Positions 61,577-64,000 of a stretch of DNA of 64,000 nt are shown in pieces. The stretch lies in the NCBI GenBank assembly GCA_963662315.1, contig OY759353.1, forward strand, positions 4,128,001 to 4,192,000. The letters are read 5' to 3'. This DNA comes from Geopsychrobacteraceae bacterium (lineage in GTDB: Bacteria; Desulfobacterota; Desulfuromonadia; Desulfuromonadales; Geopsychrobacteraceae). The notes below the pieces were generated by a model that ran no database searches, was not told the DNA's origin, and was given only the letters and a program-made list of their open reading frames with translations. The position numbers and the translations under genes were made by a program. Position 1 is the stretch's first letter; each line of letters starts with the position of its first letter.

Positions 61577-62302
61577 ATGAAAAAAATTTCTGAAATCCTG
61601 TACCAGGATACCCTTCCCGGAGGTGCGCACTGGTCCATGCTGATGCGGCGTGGTACCAGCCTGCGTCTGATCGATGTCAACGGCGGTGCCAATGTGGCGA
61701 TGCTGTTTTATAACCCCCTCAATCTTTTCGAACGCTACAACGCGCCCGATACCCTCAAGTGTCAGCACACCTTCAAACTGACCGCCGGTCATTGCCTGTA
61801 CTCCGACATGGGGCGGATTTTCTGCTCGATTACCGAAGACAGTGTCGGCTGGCACGATACCGTCAGCGGTGACACCGACAAGGTCATGGTCGCTGAAAAA
61901 TGGGGAGAGAACCCCTATCAGGAGTACCGCAACGGCTGGACCCTGAACGGTCGCGACAGTTTCCTGGTTGAAGCCGGTAAGTACGGTATGGGCAAACGCG
62001 ACCTGATGGGTAATATCAACTGGTTCAGTAAGGTAGCGGTTGATGAGGACGGCACCATGACCTATGTCACGGGCAACAGCACCGCTGGCGACAGTGTGGT
62101 CTTACGTTTTGAGATGGACACCCTGGTGCTGCTGCATACCTGCCCCCATCCCCTCAACCCGGCTGCCGAGTACCCCAAGGCTCCGGTGACCTATCAGATC
62201 AGTACCGCTGCGGCGGTTGCTGACGATGACCTGTGCCGGACCTCGCGCCCGGAAAACGGTCGTGGGTTTGAAAATAACCGTCTCTATCATCTCGGTCTGT
62301 AG
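61577..62302 (+). CDS. Urea-carboxylase-associated protein (DUF1989; carboxyguanidine deiminase subunit A-like)
   Basis: ERYNAPDTLKCQHT, YSDMGR, WHDT and HTCPHPL. Confidence 0.88.
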   Translation: MKKISEILYQDTLPGGAHWSMLMRRGTSLRLIDVNGGANVAMLFYNPLNLFERYNAPDTLKCQHTFKLTAGHCLYSDMGRIFCSITEDSVGWHDTVSGDTDKVMVAEKWGENPYQEYRNGWTLNGRDSFLVEAGKYGMGKRDLMGNINWFSKVAVDEDGTMTYVTGNSTAGDSVVLRFEMDTLVLLHTCPHPLNPAAEYPKAPVTYQISTAAAVADDDLCRTSRPENGRGFENNRLYHLGL

Positions 62303-62317
62303 GGGGAGGTAAACACC

Positions 62318-62971
62318 ATGATTAAGCAGAGTATTTACGCAGCAGAAAGCGCCGCCTGGCGCAAGGTTGTCCCCGCCGGTGATTACCTGATGGAGGTGGT
62401 CAAAAAAGGGCAGGTGGTCCGGATTCTCGATATGGAAGGGAACCAGGCCGCCGATACCATTTTTTATAACGCCAACGATCCCTCGGAACGCTACAGCGCC
62501 TTTAACACCATTCGCGAGCAGGGCAATATCTACTTAAGCGCCGGAACGACCCTGGTCTCCAACGATGGCAACCCGATGCTCGACATTATCGCCGATACCT
62601 GCGGTCGCCACGACACCCTGGGTGGTGCCTGCGCCACTGAATCGAACACGGTGCGCTACGCCCTGGAAAAGAAATGCATGCACGCCTGTCGCGACAGCTG
62701 GTTGCTGGCTCTGGCCGAAAACCCGCAGTACGGCATGGACAAGCGTGATATCCCCGAGAACATCAACTTCTTCATGAACGTTCCGGTAACCCCGGAAGGG
62801 GGCCTGACGTTCGAAGACGGCATCAGTGATGCCGGAAAGTATGTCGAACTGCAGGCGCACATGGATATCATCATTCTGGTCTCTAACTGTCCCCAGCTCA
62901 ATAACCCCTGCAACGCCTACAACCCGACCCCGGTGGAAATTCTGGTTTGGGATGGGGCTGTCGCAGCCTGA
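62318..62971 (+). CDS. Urea-carboxylase-associated protein (DUF1989; carboxyguanidine deiminase subunit B-like)
   Basis: [20 protein letters not shown] and [17 protein letters not shown]. Confidence 0.9.
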   Translation: MIKQSIYAAESAAWRKVVPAGDYLMEVVKKGQVVRILDMEGNQAADTIFYNANDPSERYSAFNTIREQGNIYLSAGTTLVSNDGNPMLDIIADTCGRHDTLGGACATESNTVRYALEKKCMHACRDSWLLALAENPQYGMDKRDIPENINFFMNVPVTPEGGLTFEDGISDAGKYVELQAHMDIIILVSNCPQLNNPCNAYNPTPVEILVWDGAVAA

Positions 62972-62988
62972 CCCAAGGGGAGGAGACT

Positions 62989-64000
62989 ATGTTCAAAAAA
63001 GTTCTGGTCGCCAATCGTGGCGAGATTGCCTGCCGTATCATCCGTACCCTCAAGAAGATGGGGATTGTCGCGGTGGCCATCTATTCCGAAACTGACCGCC
63101 ATGCCGCCCATGTCAGCCTGGCCGATGAGGCTTACTGTGTCGGTCCGGCTGCTGCCGCTGAAAGTTATCTGAACGCGGCCAAGATTGTCGCTCTGTGCCA
63201 GGAGCACCAGGTTGAAGCGGTTCATCCCGGTTACGGCTTTTTAAGCGAGAATACCGATTTCGCCAGCAGGTTGGCCGCTGTCGGGGTGCGTTTTATCGGC
63301 CCCGACGCTGAGCAGATCCGCCAGTTCGGCCTCAAACATACCGCCCGCGATCTGGCCAAGACCAGCGGGGTGCCGTTATTGCCCGGTACTGAGCTGATTG
63401 AAGATCTGGATGAGGCTCTGGCTGCTGCGATCGGTATCGGTTATCCGGTTATGCTCAAGAGTACCGCCGGTGGCGGTGGCATCGGTCTGCAGCTGTGTTA
63501 TTCCCCTGAGGAACTCGCCGATAAATTTGCCAGCGTGCGCCGTTTAAGTCAGAACAACTTCAGCAACAGCGGCGTGTTTCTGGAAAAGTATGTCGCCCGC
63601 GCGCGTCATATTGAAGTGCAGATCTTTGGCGACGGCAAGGGGGAGGTGATTGCCCTGGGCGAACGGGACTGCTCCCTGCAGCGCCGCAACCAGAAGGTCA
63701 TCGAGGAAACCCCGGCACCGGGGATCAGCGATCTGCAGCGTTCCGAGCTGGCTGCCTATGCCGTGCAACTGGGGCGGGCCGTGAACTATGCCTCAGCCGG
63801 AACCGTCGAGTTTATCTACGATACCGCCAGCGATGCGGTCTACTTCCTTGAGGTCAACACTCGCCTGCAGGTTGAACATGGCGTGACCGAAGAAGTGTTC
63901 GGCGTTGACCTGGTGGAGTGGATGGTTCTGCAAGCCGCGGGGGAACTGCCAGTCTTATCCGCGATGGAGCTAAAGCCGCAGGGGGCAGCCATTGAAGTGC
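62989..64000 (+). CDS. uca: Urea/guanidine carboxylase, 5' part (truncated by window end)
   Basis: Own translation [54 protein letters not shown] (biotin carboxylase); operon context. Confidence 0.88.
   Translation, partial: MFKKVLVANRGEIACRIIRTLKKMGIVAVAIYSETDRHAAHVSLADEAYCVGPAAAAESYLNAAKIVALCQEHQVEAVHPGYGFLSENTDFASRLAAVGVRFIGPDAEQIRQFGLKHTARDLAKTSGVPLLPGTELIEDLDEALAAAIGIGYPVMLKSTAGGGGIGLQLCYSPEELADKFASVRRLSQNNFSNSGVFLEKYVARARHIEVQIFGDGKGEVIALGERDCSLQRRNQKVIEETPAPGISDLQRSELAAYAVQLGRAVNYASAGTVEFIYDTASDAVYFLEVNTRLQVEHGVTEEVFGVDLVEWMVLQAAGELPVLSAMELKPQGAAIEV

Overview
Bacterial chromosomal window; the gene content looks Desulfuromonadales/Geobacter-like (inference only). In order it holds: (1) a cobalamin-riboswitch-controlled btuBFCD-type uptake operon; (2) DUF1015 and HAD genes and a CitA/CitB-type two-component system; (3) an accessory island (~10.3-26.8 kb) with an orphan PAAR-like/Tle1-type T6SS effector plus immunity lipoprotein, a complete type I-C cas operon and a 53-repeat CRISPR array; (4) housekeeping genes (uraA, upp, lipid A acyltransferase, prfC, asnS, tpx) and several sensor kinases; (5) a sigma54-regulated TAXI-TRAP transporter; (6) two ActP-like symporter cassettes with a DUF294 protein and an IclR regulator; (7) a guanidine uptake/carboxylase operon carrying both a guanidine-I and a guanidine-II riboswitch. 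The most unusual signal is a four-helix-bundle (Avd/IVS-like) gene inside the cas operon between cas7 and cas4. It overlaps cas4 by ATGA and is split by an IS4 element inserted in its internal heptamer tract. Its 71-bp leader (heptamer repeats + covarying hairpin + RBS + ATG) is duplicated, ungapped, in front of the unrelated T6SS effector 8.85 kb upstream. Other oddities are a chimeric CRISPR unit and a structured ~143-bp MITE-like repeat sitting at stop codons.
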